64,000 nt of DNA, from contig OZ234494.1 of NCBI GenBank assembly GCA_965153455.1, positions 8,680,001-8,744,000 of the forward strand, read 5' to 3'. The DNA comes from Sphagnum compactum. Lineage: Eukaryota. This document shows positions 23,668 through 36,500 of this stretch, piece after piece (position 1 is the first letter of the stretch; each line of letters opens with the position of its first letter). The position numbers and the translations under genes are program-made. The notes beneath the pieces were generated by a model. The model was given only the letters and a program-made list of their open reading frames with translations, was not told the DNA's origin and did no database searches.

Positions 23668-26600
23668 ACTATCACTAAGGCATAACTCAGGATTCTACAT
23701 GTACTTGTAGCTCCTTGCTGAGCTTATCCCTATCATAAATAAATGTTTCAATTATCATCAGACTCCTATTGCTATTAGCATACTATCTGTTTAATTGTTG
23801 AGTTGCCTTGAATTAACCTTATGTTCAACGGCTTGAAGATTATTCTACCTCTATTAAATCTTTCATCAACACCCCTTTAGCTGCTTTTAGAATTTTTAAC
23901 ATCCTTGCTACTTTCTAAATACCATAACAAGATTAATGTTGTGTTGAACACCGTAAATTTTGGTGTCTATTGCTACCCCCAACCCTCTAGAGATTTCTCA
24001 CCCCTAATTATGCAACAAGGTTTCTAAAACTATGGTTATTAGCCTTTGCTGAAGAAAAGAACTAATCCAACTCCTTAATCACCAACAACGCATTTCAGAA
24101 AAGAAAATAACCCCCTTCGCACCATGCACACTCAACATCCCTATGAAGTCGCTAAAAGCCCTTAATAACCTTACCCCATTCAAATAACCCTGATGTAACT
24201 CTTAAAAACTGAGACTACCGCACATGGTTGTGTCGGTATGGCTCACATTAATGCCCCAAACATGGGTACATAAACCTGATGGAGGTGAGGACCCTGAAGG
24301 CAAGTCTAAAGGAAACCAAACGACACAATTGCGGGGTTGAACCACAAAACCTACCAAGTTTAATTGGGAAGAAAAATGATGAGAAAATTTCACCTATTGC
24401 TTTTTGATCTTAAGGTAGCTTGGAAGGAATACATGAATAATCATTTAAAAATATTGTAAGTTGATAATATGGGAAATGATTATTTTGTTAATGCCACATT
24501 ATTATAAATGATGAATCTTTTAAATTGTTGCTAGATATGAAAAAATGTTTATTTTTATTGGTGTCCACATTATTGTATGGTTTCCCTATTTTTGCTATTA
24601 GGGCACCTTCCTTAATCATGCCATATATGTCTTTCAAATGCACTTTTCGAAAGGAAAAAATAAAAATAAAAATCAATATCCGTTTTCCACATTTTTACAC
24701 GTCGGTCATTATATTTGCTTCACTTTTGAAAAATTAAACTCAAAATTCTTAAACATCTCTTCAATACATATAGGTACTTTGCCATATTACTAAGCCACTT
24801 ATATTAAAATTCTTGGAACTTAATCTAATTTCAATTAGATTAAGTTCCATGAATTTCAATATTAAATTATATAATATATAAAAGAGTCAAACAAATAGAT
24901 AGATAAGTAAGCAATTAAATACATACCTCTACACATATATTTACATATGTTTTGTTTTGTTATGCTAAAATCTCCCAAACCATGGCGCTTCATGCCACAT
25001 TCTTGGTATCTTCAAAAAGCTCTCAATGAATAAGGGCACATTGACTTGGTTTGAAGCTATGGTGTAAAAGTTATTGATTATTGAGTTATTTTTTTAATGA
25101 AAACTAGATAAAATCGAAATTGAAAACTATATTGAAGTTTGGGGGCGTTGCTGATGTTATTGGAAAGCCCTTGGAAAGTCAGACTTAATAGAGTTTATTC
25201 TACAATTTTCAGAGCTAAGGTGTGGAAAATATTGATATGTGAGTGGATTTTGCTGTTGGAAATTCAAACAAATTGAAAAAGTTGGGTTTGGAAGGAAAAA
25301 TCAGTTAAGCCCTCAACGTGCTCACACTTGGGGCAACGACACAGGCTACAGTAATATATGTACACTAGTGGGTACCCGTGACCTTTGGACACTGTGAAGA
25401 CCCCAAAAGTGAGTTGGGGGGGGGGGGGGAGCAAAAAAAGACAAAATTATCAAATGTATTTGGTTGGTTTTGAGTGTGTAGTCAAAGATATAGAAGCATG
25501 ATTATAGTTGTTTACTTCATATCCGGCTTTAATAGCCAGTTTTGGCACAATCTTCTTGAGGAAGGTCGCCACATTTTTCTATGGAAGATCCCCACTGTGG
25601 TTACAAACAAAAAATCTTAGAAAAATAAAATGAAAAACAACACTGCTAGGGACGACCTGGGGTCGGTCCCTCCTGGCAACTACCTCCTTACTATGAGATA
25701 AATTGCCACATGATTGTCTCCTCCATTCCATGGATGGATGACGGGACCCCCACCCCCAATAGAAAAAAGAAAAAATTTCTCCCTTTCCCCATCTCCCCAA
25801 AACCCAAAAAAGGAAAAAATTGGCTGCACTGATTGCATACCGAGCCTTCCTCAGTTATGGGCCAATACCCCTTCATAACAGGATGGATACCTATTGTGCT
25901 ATAAATAGGGCAGAATGGGCAATTCCCTGAAACAGTGGAGTTTTGCAATTTAAGAAAGGCCCGCGCCCTCCCCCCCCTCTTTGCCTTGGATGGATGGAGG
26001 GATGGATGGATGACGGGATGGACGACAGGACGGATGGATGGAAAGGACGACCGCCAACCACAACAGGACAAAACCTAAAATATTATATAAGTAGACTAGT
26101 GGGTACCCGTGACCTTCGGGCACTGTGAAGTCCCCCGGTTTCTTTAAACTTGGTTCATGTTTTAGTTTTTTTAGAAACTTTCATCTTTTTCTTTTTTTTA
26201 ATGTGTTTTCTGTTTTTATTATTATTTTGTATAATAAAAATAAAGTGTTTCTTTTTCACTTTTATATTTTTGTTTATTTGGATGCAAGTTTGAAGTTTGG
26301 AGAAAGAAGATACACCTCATTCTTTTTCAAGTAGGGCTTTTCTTCATTATTATAAGTTTTATTTCTTTAATTTTTTACTCTTTACTTGGTTTTTTCATTT
26401 TTGTAAAAAAATTTTCTTTTAAAATTATTTTACTGTATTTCCCTTTCCTTGTTTCATTTGTTTCCATTCCTTTTTTAAAGTTTTTGCGTTTTTACTTTTT
26501 TTTTAAAAATGTTTGTTTATGGCTTGTCTTCCAAGTATTCTCTGACAGCACTGTGGTATGCATTGTGCGTGTGTGCGTGCAAGATTGGGTGTGAATCAAA

Positions 26601-27136
26601 ACCCATCATTCCATTTGTCTTTCCCAGAAAGATGAAGCTTTTGCCACTGCTGTCAAATACATGTCTAAAGAGAATAAAGATTCTCAAACTAATGAATATT
26701 TTTCAAGCATTTTGAGAAATGTTTTTCAGGAATTTTTTAAAATGCCCAATTTTAAACCTAATTGTAAGCCTCAGTGCTAAATTTTTGTTAATCTTAAGTC
26801 AAAACAATAAAAAGATTCTAACCCAAGCCAAAATGGCAATTTTTAAAAATCCTAAGTCAAAATAATAAAAAGATTCTAATCCTTAGGCCTAAATAGAAAT
26901 TTTGTTAACAAAAAACTCGAATTGAAATTTTCTTTAAATTTAAAAAAAAAAGTGATTATGAAATGACCCACCTTTGTGATGAAGTTGTTTGGAAACACTG
27001 GAAAATCCTCACACTGAAATCCTGACAAAAGCCTCAGAACTTCAAACCTTTCATAAAGTACACGCAAAGCATGTTGAGAAAGAATTTTCAAGTTCTCTAA
27101 TGGCATCTTCCAGGAATTCCAAGCAAGAATTGCCTT

Positions 27137-27299
27137 CTAGAAACAAAATAGCAAGCCTATTGTGCACATCCGGAATGTCCATACCGGCAGACTCGGATCA
27201 TTCGTATTGGGAACCGTTTGTCTCACTTGTTCCCTTGGCGACTCGTCCACGTTCCCACCCTGTTCCAATGCTTTCAGTCCCTCCAGTCCCTCCCCCGGA
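27137..27299 (-). pseudogene. Captured oligopeptide transporter (OPT family) exon fragment, copy 1
   Basis: [27 protein letters not shown] matches the OPT N-terminal motif SPxEEVRxTVPxTDDPxLPxxTFRM; preceded by a TTTTGTGCAG acceptor. Confidence 0.8.
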
Positions 27300-28081
27300 C
27301 TGCACAAAACTAAAACCCACATCAATCTTCAACATTTATAAGGTGTCGGTTATTATTGAGCAAAATGAGAATTCCCAAAATGCCAAAAAATTTCAAGCAT
27401 CCAGTGCATAATATATTTTGGGCAGAAACGATAAAAATCAGCATTTATAACTTTCCAAAGCAAGTTAAAATTTCCAAAATTGCCTGAAATTTTTTCAAGC
27501 ATCTTAGAAAAAAAATCTCATGAATATTTCCGAGCATAGGATTTGTTGATTTCCCAAATTCTTCAGCAAAAATGAAAAAAAATCAACCTATATAAGCTAC
27601 CCAAAATATATTGGGCAGAATAAAGATTCTCAAACTAATGAATATTTTTCAAGCATTTTGAGAAATGTTTTTCAGGAATTTTTTAAAATGCCCAATTTTA
27701 AACCTACTTGTAAGCCTTAGTGCTAAATTTTTGTTAATCTTAAGTCAAAACAATAAAAAGATTCTAACCCAAGCCAAAATGGCAATTTTTAAAAATCCTA
27801 AGTCAAAATAATAAAAAGATTCTAATCCTTAGGCCTAAATAGAAATTTTGTTAACAAAAAACTCGAATTGAAATTTTCTTTAAATTAAAAAAAAAAGTGA
27901 TTATGAAATGACCCACCTTTGTGATGAAGTTGTTTGGAAACACTGGAAAATCCTCACACTGAAATCCTGACAAAAGCCTCAGAACTTCAAACCTTTCATA
28001 AAGTACACGCAAAGCATGTTGAGAAAGAATTTTCAAGTTCTCTAATGGCATCTTCCAGGAATTCCAAGCAAGAATTGCCTT

Positions 28082-28192
28082 CTAGAAACAAAATAGCAAG
28101 CCTATTGTGCACATCCGGAATGTCCATACCGGCAGACTGGGATCATCCGTATTGGGAACCGTTCGTCTCACTTGTTCCACTGGCGACTCGTC
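28082..28192 (-). pseudogene. Captured OPT exon fragment, copy 2
   Basis: Manual translation [35 protein letters not shown]. Confidence 0.8.
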
Positions 28193-28260
28193 TGCACAAA
28201 ACGAAAACCCACATCAATCCATCTTCTTCTTCTTCTTGTTTTTCCTTTGTTTTCTTGTTT

Positions 28261-28495
28261 TTCCTGGCATCCCCCACTTTCCACAACAATGGAGGAAGAC
28301 GGGACGGCCGGACACCACCGCAAGAGGACAGTCTTCTTCTTTTTCCTGGCATCCCCCACTTTCCACAACAATGGAGGAAGACGGGACGGCCGGACACCAC
28401 CGCAGGAGGACAGTCTTCTTCTTCTTCCTGGCATCCCCCACTTTCCACAACAATGGAGGAAGACGGGACGGCCGGACACCACTGCAAGAGGACAA
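28261..28495. repeat. 82-bp tandem repeat x3
   Basis: Units start at 28261, 28343 and 28425 (TTCCTGGCATCCCCCACTTTCC...). Confidence 0.9.
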
Positions 28496-30610
28496 CCATG
28501 CAAAGCTGAGCTGCATGCTGCTGCCATCCGTCCTCCTCCTCTTCCATCATCTTCTTCTTCCGGGATGAAGAACTTAGATGGATGGAAAACGGGACGGATG
28601 GATGGAAAGGACGACCAGACACCACCGCAAGAGGACAAAACCAAGGATATTATATATATGAGACTAGTGGGTACCTGTGACCTTCGGACACTGTGACATA
28701 TGACATCACTTTCTCTTCTATTAACAATATTACGAACTCTATACATAACAAAACAACATAATTCAAAATGTTTATTTTTGAAAAAAGGTGTAATTTGCAA
28801 GTCTAAGTTCAAATAATTTGTTGAAAATTTCAACAAACCTTGTCATACTTGCAACATAAAAAAATTAAAAAATAAACTCATGAACATGTGTGAAAACAAA
28901 ATCCTTAAAAATAAATATATTGATTATTCGATAGTTACTTGCTGAACCCAATCACAGCCTATGATATATCATCCCTCCCCCAAATTACACATACCCACTA
29001 AAGCGCCCCCAACATACAACCCAAGGAGGACGACCGGACGGACAGTGACCTTCGGGCACTGTGAAGTCCCCTAGTTTCTTTAAACTTGGTTCATGTTTTA
29101 GTTTTTTCTAGAAATTTTAAAATTTTTTTTTTTTTTAATGTGTTTTTTGTTTTTATTATTATTTTGTATAATAAAAATAAAGTGTTTCCCTTTCACTTTT
29201 ATATTTTTGTTTATTTGGATGCAAGTTTGAAGTTTGGAGAAAGAAGACACACCTCATTTTTTTTCAAGCAGGGTTTTTCTTCATTATTATAAGTTTTATT
29301 TTTTCTTATTTTTTACTCTTGATTTGGTTTTTTCATTTTTTTTTATTTTTTTCTTTTAAAATTATTTTACTGTATTTCCCTTTCCTTGTTTCATTTGTTT
29401 CCATTCCTTTTTTATAGTTTTTGCGTTTTTACTTTTTTTTGTTTATGTTTGTTTCATGCTTTAATTTTTTCTATTCTTATTTTGTCTATCTTCATTATTT
29501 TTAAAAATTATACATTTATTTATTTTGTTTCTATTTTCTTTTTCAAAAAGATTCTAGTTTTTCTAATATGTTTTGTAATGAAAATAATTTTTAAAAACTT
29601 TTGTATTTTTGTTTGATTAGATACAGGTCTGAAGTTTGGAAAAAGAAGATAAACCTTTTTTTTTTTTCAAGTATGGTTTTTTTCTCTTTCTTTTGCTGTC
29701 TATTTTGTTTTTTAATTTTTGTCATCTATTTTTAAATTTTCTTTTAAGATTATTTTACTATATTTCCCTTTTTTGTTTCATGTTTAAATATATTTATTTT
29801 ATATGTTTTCATTTTTTTTCTATTAAGTGTTTTAAAAAAGTTTCTAATTGTTAAGGTGTTTTTCTGTTTTTTTTTCTAGCTTTTTCCCTTAAAAAAAATA
29901 TTTGTTCTGTTTTTTTCTTTTTTGTTACAACTTTGTTTCATTTTATTTATTTGTTAATAACTTGTTTTTTTCTTTTTTAATTTGAAATTTCTTGTGTTGT
30001 TTTAAAAAGATTTCTTCTCTTGTTTCTCATTTTTTTTCAACAATTTTTAGTTTTTTAAAATTAGTTTGTAGCTTTTGGCAAATTGCAAGACTACACGAGT
30101 TTTTCATAAACTACAAGATTGGATCACATAAACATTTGGATAAACTACTGCTGCCGCCATTCGTCGTTGTCGTCCTCCTCTTCCATCATCTTCTTCTTCC
30201 GGGATGAGGAACTTGGATGACGGGACGGATGGATGGAAAGGACGACCACCACTGGACAGACTAAGGATATTATATAAGTAGATACATACTCTTTCTATTT
30301 ACAAGCGACCTTTTGCAACACTACTTTTACTTTACAGTTTATCTTACATTCTTTTGACAGGACTTTTCATTGGTATCATTGAATTCCTAAGAGCAATACT
30401 CAAAAACCCAATTCCCACCTAACCCCCAAAAATACTAGAACCCCCTGGGAATTTTGTAGTGTACCTAGTACGAAGGCACGTTATTGCGTGTGATTTGCCT
30501 ACATGAAGGCCAAACATTTCAAAAAATGGAATGCTTGCTTCTGTTGGCATTTTGTTCTTTTGTTGGCCTCATAAGTTTACGGATAGTTCATGAATTTAGT
30601 TCATGAACCC

Positions 30611-33056
30611 CAGTCCTCATAAGTTTACGGATATCCATAAACTAAATAAACTAAGCTAGTTTATGGACGCCACCCAAGCTTAGTTTATGGACGCAAGGAA
30701 TTAGTACTCCAGGCTCTGCAGGATGGGGCGCTGCTTGGTCTAGAAGATGCCCTCCAGCAACAAGTGCATCAGGCAGGTGCGGAACTCATCCATCTCCCAC
30801 TTGAGAATGGAGAAGTCGGACTCGACAGCAGTCGTGTTGGCGAAGGCGGTGGCCAATCCGCCGAGGAAGGCGCGCAGGCGCTCGACCCACGCTTGTTGTG
30901 GCACCGCGTCCCAGGCGTCGTTGAAAGTCGTCTGCACGTCGTGCTTGTCCAGGGCGACGTGCAGCACCGCGTCCTCGTTATACATCTTGAGCAGGTAGCG
31001 GTGACCCTCCTCGACTTGGTCGATGGACTCCTCGGACCAGAACTTGGAGTGATGGTCGCGGTACGGGTCGAGCACTTGCTCAATGAAGTCGCCGTGGCGC
31101 AGCTTGACGATCTGGTTAGGCATCATCGGCGGGGCATCTTGCTCGAGCGGCTCATTATTTTCTTCGCGTTCAGCGCGGATGTTGCCGAGCCCGGTGACGA
31201 GGAACATGGCGTACTGGGTGAGCTGGCTCATGACCTCCTTCTAGGCTGGCGTGTCCAGGCGCTCGTAGCACGACTTGGGGAACGAGCCCTGGTCCTTGAC
31301 GTAGAGGACGAGTTTGGCGCGCTCGATGCGCCACTGCTCGAACGTCTCGTCGCCGTCGTCGTCGTCGTCGACGTCGCCGGCGTGGAAGATGCCGAACATC
31401 GCGACCAGAGTGCCGATGAGCGTCTGGATGAGCGATTCTGGATGCGCGATTAGCAACGAGCGGTTCTGCGACATGACAAACGTCTTGTTGATCTCCTCGA
31501 TGGCGGGCGCGATGGCGCAAGCGATAACCCACCATTGATCCGACGGCAGCTTGTCGCTGGCATTGGCCGTCACGTGCTAAACGATGGTGCGGCGGTACTG
31601 CTTGAAGAAGTTGAGCAGCACGCCCAGACTGACCCAACGGTTGGTCTTCTTGGGGCACTTCACGTTCATGCGCGTGATCAGGTTCGCCTGCGAACGTAGA
31701 TAGACCGACAGCGACCACGCCTGCTTGGACCACTCGCCGTCATACAGCATGTCGGCGCCGTCCTTGACGACGACGTCCATCTGGTGCAGTGGGCACCAGA
31801 TGCGCAGGACGTGATGCTCTGCCTCGCAGGCCATGCGCGTCACCAGGCTGTTGAGTCGCCCGACCATGTTCGGCTCGCCGTCGGTGCCCACGTTGATCAG
31901 CTTGCGGCGCCGGAGGCCGTACAGCGCGTCCAGGAACTTCACCAGCATGTTGAACGTGTTGAGCCCGGTGTGGCGGTCAAACTGGGGGATGGCAACGAGG
32001 TGAAGATTTAGCAGGACGTCGCGGTAGCACACGCGCAGGCGCAGGTCGAAGAAGTGCTGGCCGCGGTGGGTACTGCCGTCGTCGGCGAGTGACAGCGCCC
32101 AGATCGACTCGTTGACGCCGAGGTCGGCGATGCGCTGAAGGGCGAAGCGACGCCAGCGCGAACGTACTGGCCGACGATAGTGTTGTTGATGCCGCCTAGC
32201 TTGGACAGGCTGCAGCGCTGCTTGGTATGCTGCATCGCGGCCGCCACTTGGCGGAACGACATTCCTGTCGAGACATGGTCCATGGCGAGCTCGTATCACA
32301 TCGTGCCCTTGATGGTGACGACATATTCGTCCTCGTCGACGTTTGCCACGTCCTTGACGAACAGCTTGAGCGCTAGAGTCTTCTGCTTGGCCTTGGCGGC
32401 GGCCTTCTTGGCGATTGCGACGGCCGCGTCGCCATCGTCGTCGTCGTCGTCAAAGTCGACGAGCACCTCGTCGGGCCGGAAGAACAGGTCGAAGATGATG
32501 ACATCGACGATGGGCGTCGACACGTGGAACGTGAGTGAGTCGGAGTCCAAGTTAACGTACCGGTGCAACATGTTGGCGCGGTTCGCCTTGCCATCGAAGT
32601 GCATGTGCTTCTCTTCGTTGGACAGCGCGCTGTACTCGGCCCATAGATCGGTGTGCTGCGACTCGTGGTGACTACGGTAGTTCTGCGGCGTGAACGACGT
32701 CCAGTACTTGGTGTCGTTGCGCGAGCTGCACTGGCGCTTTTCGCCAGCGTGCTCGTCACCAGCCTTGACCTTAGTGCGGCCGAAGAAGGCACATAAGTTA
32801 TAGCGCACCGACGTGACGCGCTTGTTGGCCTCCTCGGCGATCTTCAGTCCGAATTGGAGGCAATGCGCCGGCTGAAACAACGTGGCAGGCTTCTTCGACA
32901 TTTCGAGCCACCGACGATTGTGAACGGCACCGATGCGCAACCCGTGCTGCGCAAAACCGCAGGAAAACAGCCCTTCTTAGTTTATGGACGGCGCCGGAGC
33001 TTAGTTTATGGATATCCGTAAGGGTTTTTGCCAAATCTGTAAACTTATGAGGCCAG
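30611..33056 (-). mobile_element. GC-rich hAT-superfamily DNA transposon
   Basis: TIRs CAGTCCTCATAAGTTTACGGAT and ATCTGTAAACTTATGAGGCCAG; 8-bp TSD ATGAACCC/CTGAACCC (7/8); subterminal TAGTTTATGGA repeats at both ends. Confidence 0.85.
30701..32901 (-). pseudogene. hAT-like DDE transposase pseudogene, intronless
   Basis: ORF pieces give LSLADDGST, VGTDG, WCPLH (CxxH), NRW and TTAVESDFS; four premature stops and a frameshift near 32150. Confidence 0.85.
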
Positions 33057-33562
33057 CTGAACCCCCTTACACCAAGCACCATATCTTCCCCATTCCTTTA
33101 CCAGATTGAGCAATTTTTGTTGCCTTGGAAGGGGGTTGAGGGCTACAAATGTTCTTTGAGCTTCAGAAGAGAAGATTTGACCTGCTTTGACTTCTTAAGA
33201 GTTCGCTCACTGGCCTATTTACACTATCACAGAAAAAACAATTAAAAAGAAAAGAAAAGAAATCCAAGTAGTCCTTACGCAGGATAAAGCCCTTGACCCG
33301 CAAGCTTTATCAGAATGGGGCCCACATAAAAACATCAATTCGTCCTCTTATTGGAGGAGAGGGTGAAATAATGGACAACCCAAATTTGCAAATTACACAA
33401 AGTATGTCTTCTTCAGTTTTCAGAAGTTCGCAGTTTTGAGTAGTTTTCAGGAGCTTCGTAGTTCGTTGTTGTTTGCGTGATTCTGGAAAAATGCACAGTT
33501 GTTGTTGTAGTTGTTTTTCAATCGCTTGAATTTTTTCTGTCATCGTCGAAGAGACGGACGAA

Positions 33563-36500
33563 ATGGGTAGACAATCTTGTCGTCCTGTAGGAGGTGGAGG
33601 TGGTGCTGCTGCAGCAGCAACTGTGCTTGTTTTCTTTCGTTCAAGCTCATTATTCTTGTTGCTGTTTTTCTTGTGCGTTCTGGGTGCTGCAGTAGCAGCA
33701 GTAGACAACACAGCAGGAGAACTAGTAGCAGCTACAGCAGCATCAGTGAACCATAACAACAATCTCGCAGTGGTGGAGCTTCTGGAAACATTTGTGACCG
33801 CAGAAGAAGAAGAAGAGGACTTCAGGGTTTCAGATAAATCTCTACCAAGCTTTTCTTCAATTGTTTTAGAACAACAGCGAAGAAGTGAGTATCATCATTC
33901 TAGGGTTTCAAGAACTTTATTATTTCAATCTGATGGGAAAGAGGACAAGACACTAGAATCCGTTGAAGAAAACCAAGAAGAAGAGGAGGAGGTAGAATCC
34001 GCACCCTGGGTTGTTCTTTCAGCATCATGAATTCATACTTTTTTGCATAGGAAAGTTCTGTTTCTGTATATGGTCAGTTGCATGAGATATCATGGCTGCA
34101 TGAGAAAACTTCACAATGCGATCTTCGTGTTCAATTGTTTGGACGGCCGTGTCATCATCATGATCAGCACATGATACTCCTACCATCATCCACATTGCTG
34201 ATTTGCTTAGTAATGGTCATGAAGTTACCTACCGCATTGTGCCTGTTTTCTTCTTGACATGGTTATTGCTACATGGCATTTTGAAAAGCATGGCACAACA
34301 GTTATGGAGGCAATTGAAATTTGGATTTGAGGATTGACTACATTTTGGTTGGTGCAGAACTCTCGCTCCATGCTGAAGAAGTACCTGACCAACAATGACA
34401 ACAGTGAGGAAGTGGCGGGAATTTTGGTAACCCTTTCTGAGGTGGGCATCACTTATGTGAAAGAAGTTTTGGTGAATCAGATACTGAGTGACATTATACC
34501 GCTGGCACTTCCGGATATACATTTGCAAGTGAAAGCTCCAGTTGGCCTGGTTGATACCACCATTACTCGGCTTGAGTTATCGGGTGCTAATGTTTCTCAC
34601 TCTGATGTCAAGTTGGGGAAGACTGCAATTACAGTCTCTGCTGAGAATATCAAGGCAAAGATACACTTTCATTGGGTGTACCAATATACTTCCAGTTATA
34701 TCCCATTTCCTGTAACAGATGGAGGATGGGCTGATGTGGAGGTCAGTTCTTTTTGCTCCCCTTTCTATTTCCATGACCATGTTATATAATAGCAATGGCT
34801 TACCTTTGGTCCATGATGATGATGCAATGTTGGGCTCACATGAAAGAGAAGACTTAATGCTACCCATGATGGGGGATGTCAGTGTTGGGACAAAAGAAAA
34901 TGCAAAAGATTGCATCTCTTCTGTGCCTTGAACCAGAGAAAATTTGATGGGTTTATTTGGACAATTTCATACTACAGAATTGTTCTCAACATCCCTAGCT
35001 TGTTCATTTGGTAATAATAGCATCACATTTGTTGGTTTCTTTGCTAAACCCTATCAGTGAAGAAAACCACAAGGGCATTGAGGGTTTGTGGTATTTTCAG
35101 GTGACAGGCATGCAGGCTGGTGCTACTGTCATGTTGCAAGCACAGAATGGAACTTTGCGGGTAATTGTTCTGGAGCAGACGACTTCTATTCAGAATCTGG
35201 ACATCCAGTTGCATGGTGGTGCTTCCTGGCTTTACCAGTGGTAATCAACTTATCCTTCTAGGATGCACTAATTGGCTATGTTGTCTTATTGTTTGCATCT
35301 TGTTGCAATAATTCACACATGGTACAAAGAAGCATTCCCAGGTTTGAGTTACAATGTTGCATACTGGTCACTGACTTTTGCTGTGATTGAAACTTCTCCT
35401 TTGTAATTTTTGTTTTTTCCTCTGTTCTTTAGCATTGGCTTTCCTCTTATTCTTGTTCGCTGACATGTTTGCCCGATGCAAAATTTCTATGTGTTATTGG
35501 TTCATCTCTCAATTCTATTCAGGTGTCACTTGTAAGTTTGGAGAAGTTCTCAGTAATTCTGAACATATTCCGAACCAGGTTTGTCTATGCATTTGATGAT
35601 GAAATCCGCGCAGAAATTGAGTCAGCCATCTTGACAACAATCAACACATGGGCTGGAAAGTTGGATGCTCTCCTTATGGAACTTCCACGAAGTCTCCCAA
35701 TTGATGACACATCTGCAATTGATGTTGCACTTGTTGAGGATCCTTTTTTGGGTCCGAACTTTTTGGCTGTACGTGCAAATGGTGAATTTGTTTCTTTGAA
35801 GAAACCCACTGTTCCCCCACAGCCTGGCCATTCCTTGCACCCAGGTATCGTCTGTTGTGAATTAGAAAAGATGGTCACCATTGCTATAAGTGATTATGTC
35901 ATCAATTCAGCTGCCAAAGTCTATTTTGAGGTATGTTCCTCTCTTTTTGGAGTTGATAATGTTCTTAGTCTTTGGCTTTCCATTTCTCCCTTTCCATGAG
36001 CCTCTCGGGTTTGATCTGTCCTTTCTCTGGTTTTACCCATATTCTCTTTGAGCTATTGATACATGTTTCTTTTTAATTCTGCTTGTCCTACTGCATTTAA
36101 TTTTGTGTTCTCTTCTCATTGTTATTCTCCTCAATCCCCTAGCTCTTGGACCTACCCACAAAGTTATCAAACTGTCCTTGGTCACACAACTCCTTTGAAG
36201 GCATGTGAATGCAACATTGCTAATGTTCTTTTTCCCCCTACCCTGTTCTTTTCACCCCTCGTTTTGATTTCAGCAGTGTTGGCTTTCTCAGGCAGGGGTA
36301 TTGGATTGGTTGGTGGACGAGTTACCTCAAGAGTCAATATTAAACACCGCCTTCTGGAAATGGATTATACCACAGCTGTACAAAAAATATCCAAATGATG
36401 ACATGGTGCTTCACGTGTCTGCCTCTGCTGCACCTCAAGTTGAGCTTACGAAAGATGGAGCAAAGGCATTGGCAGTTGCTGATGTGACAGTTCTTGTCAA

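Larger units (their letters stand above)
26671..28192. repeat. ~575-bp direct duplication inside Helitron unit 2
   Basis: 26671-27247 matches 27617-28192. Confidence 0.9.
25365..30282 (-). mobile_element. Head-to-tail array of non-autonomous Helitrons (units 25365-26095, 26096-28663, 28664-30282)
   Basis: Minus strand: A|TCTACTTATATAAT at 30282; each unit ends with hairpin GTGCCCGAAGGTCAC (or variant) + GGGTACCCA-CTAG; internal CTAG|TC junctions at 26095/26096 and 28663/28664; final CTAG|T at 25365; no TSD. Confidence 0.85.

Noticed and set aside
24928-25352. Possible additional + strand Helitron-like repeat
   Set aside because: A TC start is plausible, but the 3' CTRR and hairpin are too degenerate to support the call.
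27934-28836. Overlapping 150-220-aa ORFs on both strands
   Set aside because: Produced by the 82-bp tandem repeat and Helitron end sequence.
30747-32792. Alternative-frame ORFs over the hAT transposase
   Set aside because: Expected from high GC content and few stop codons.
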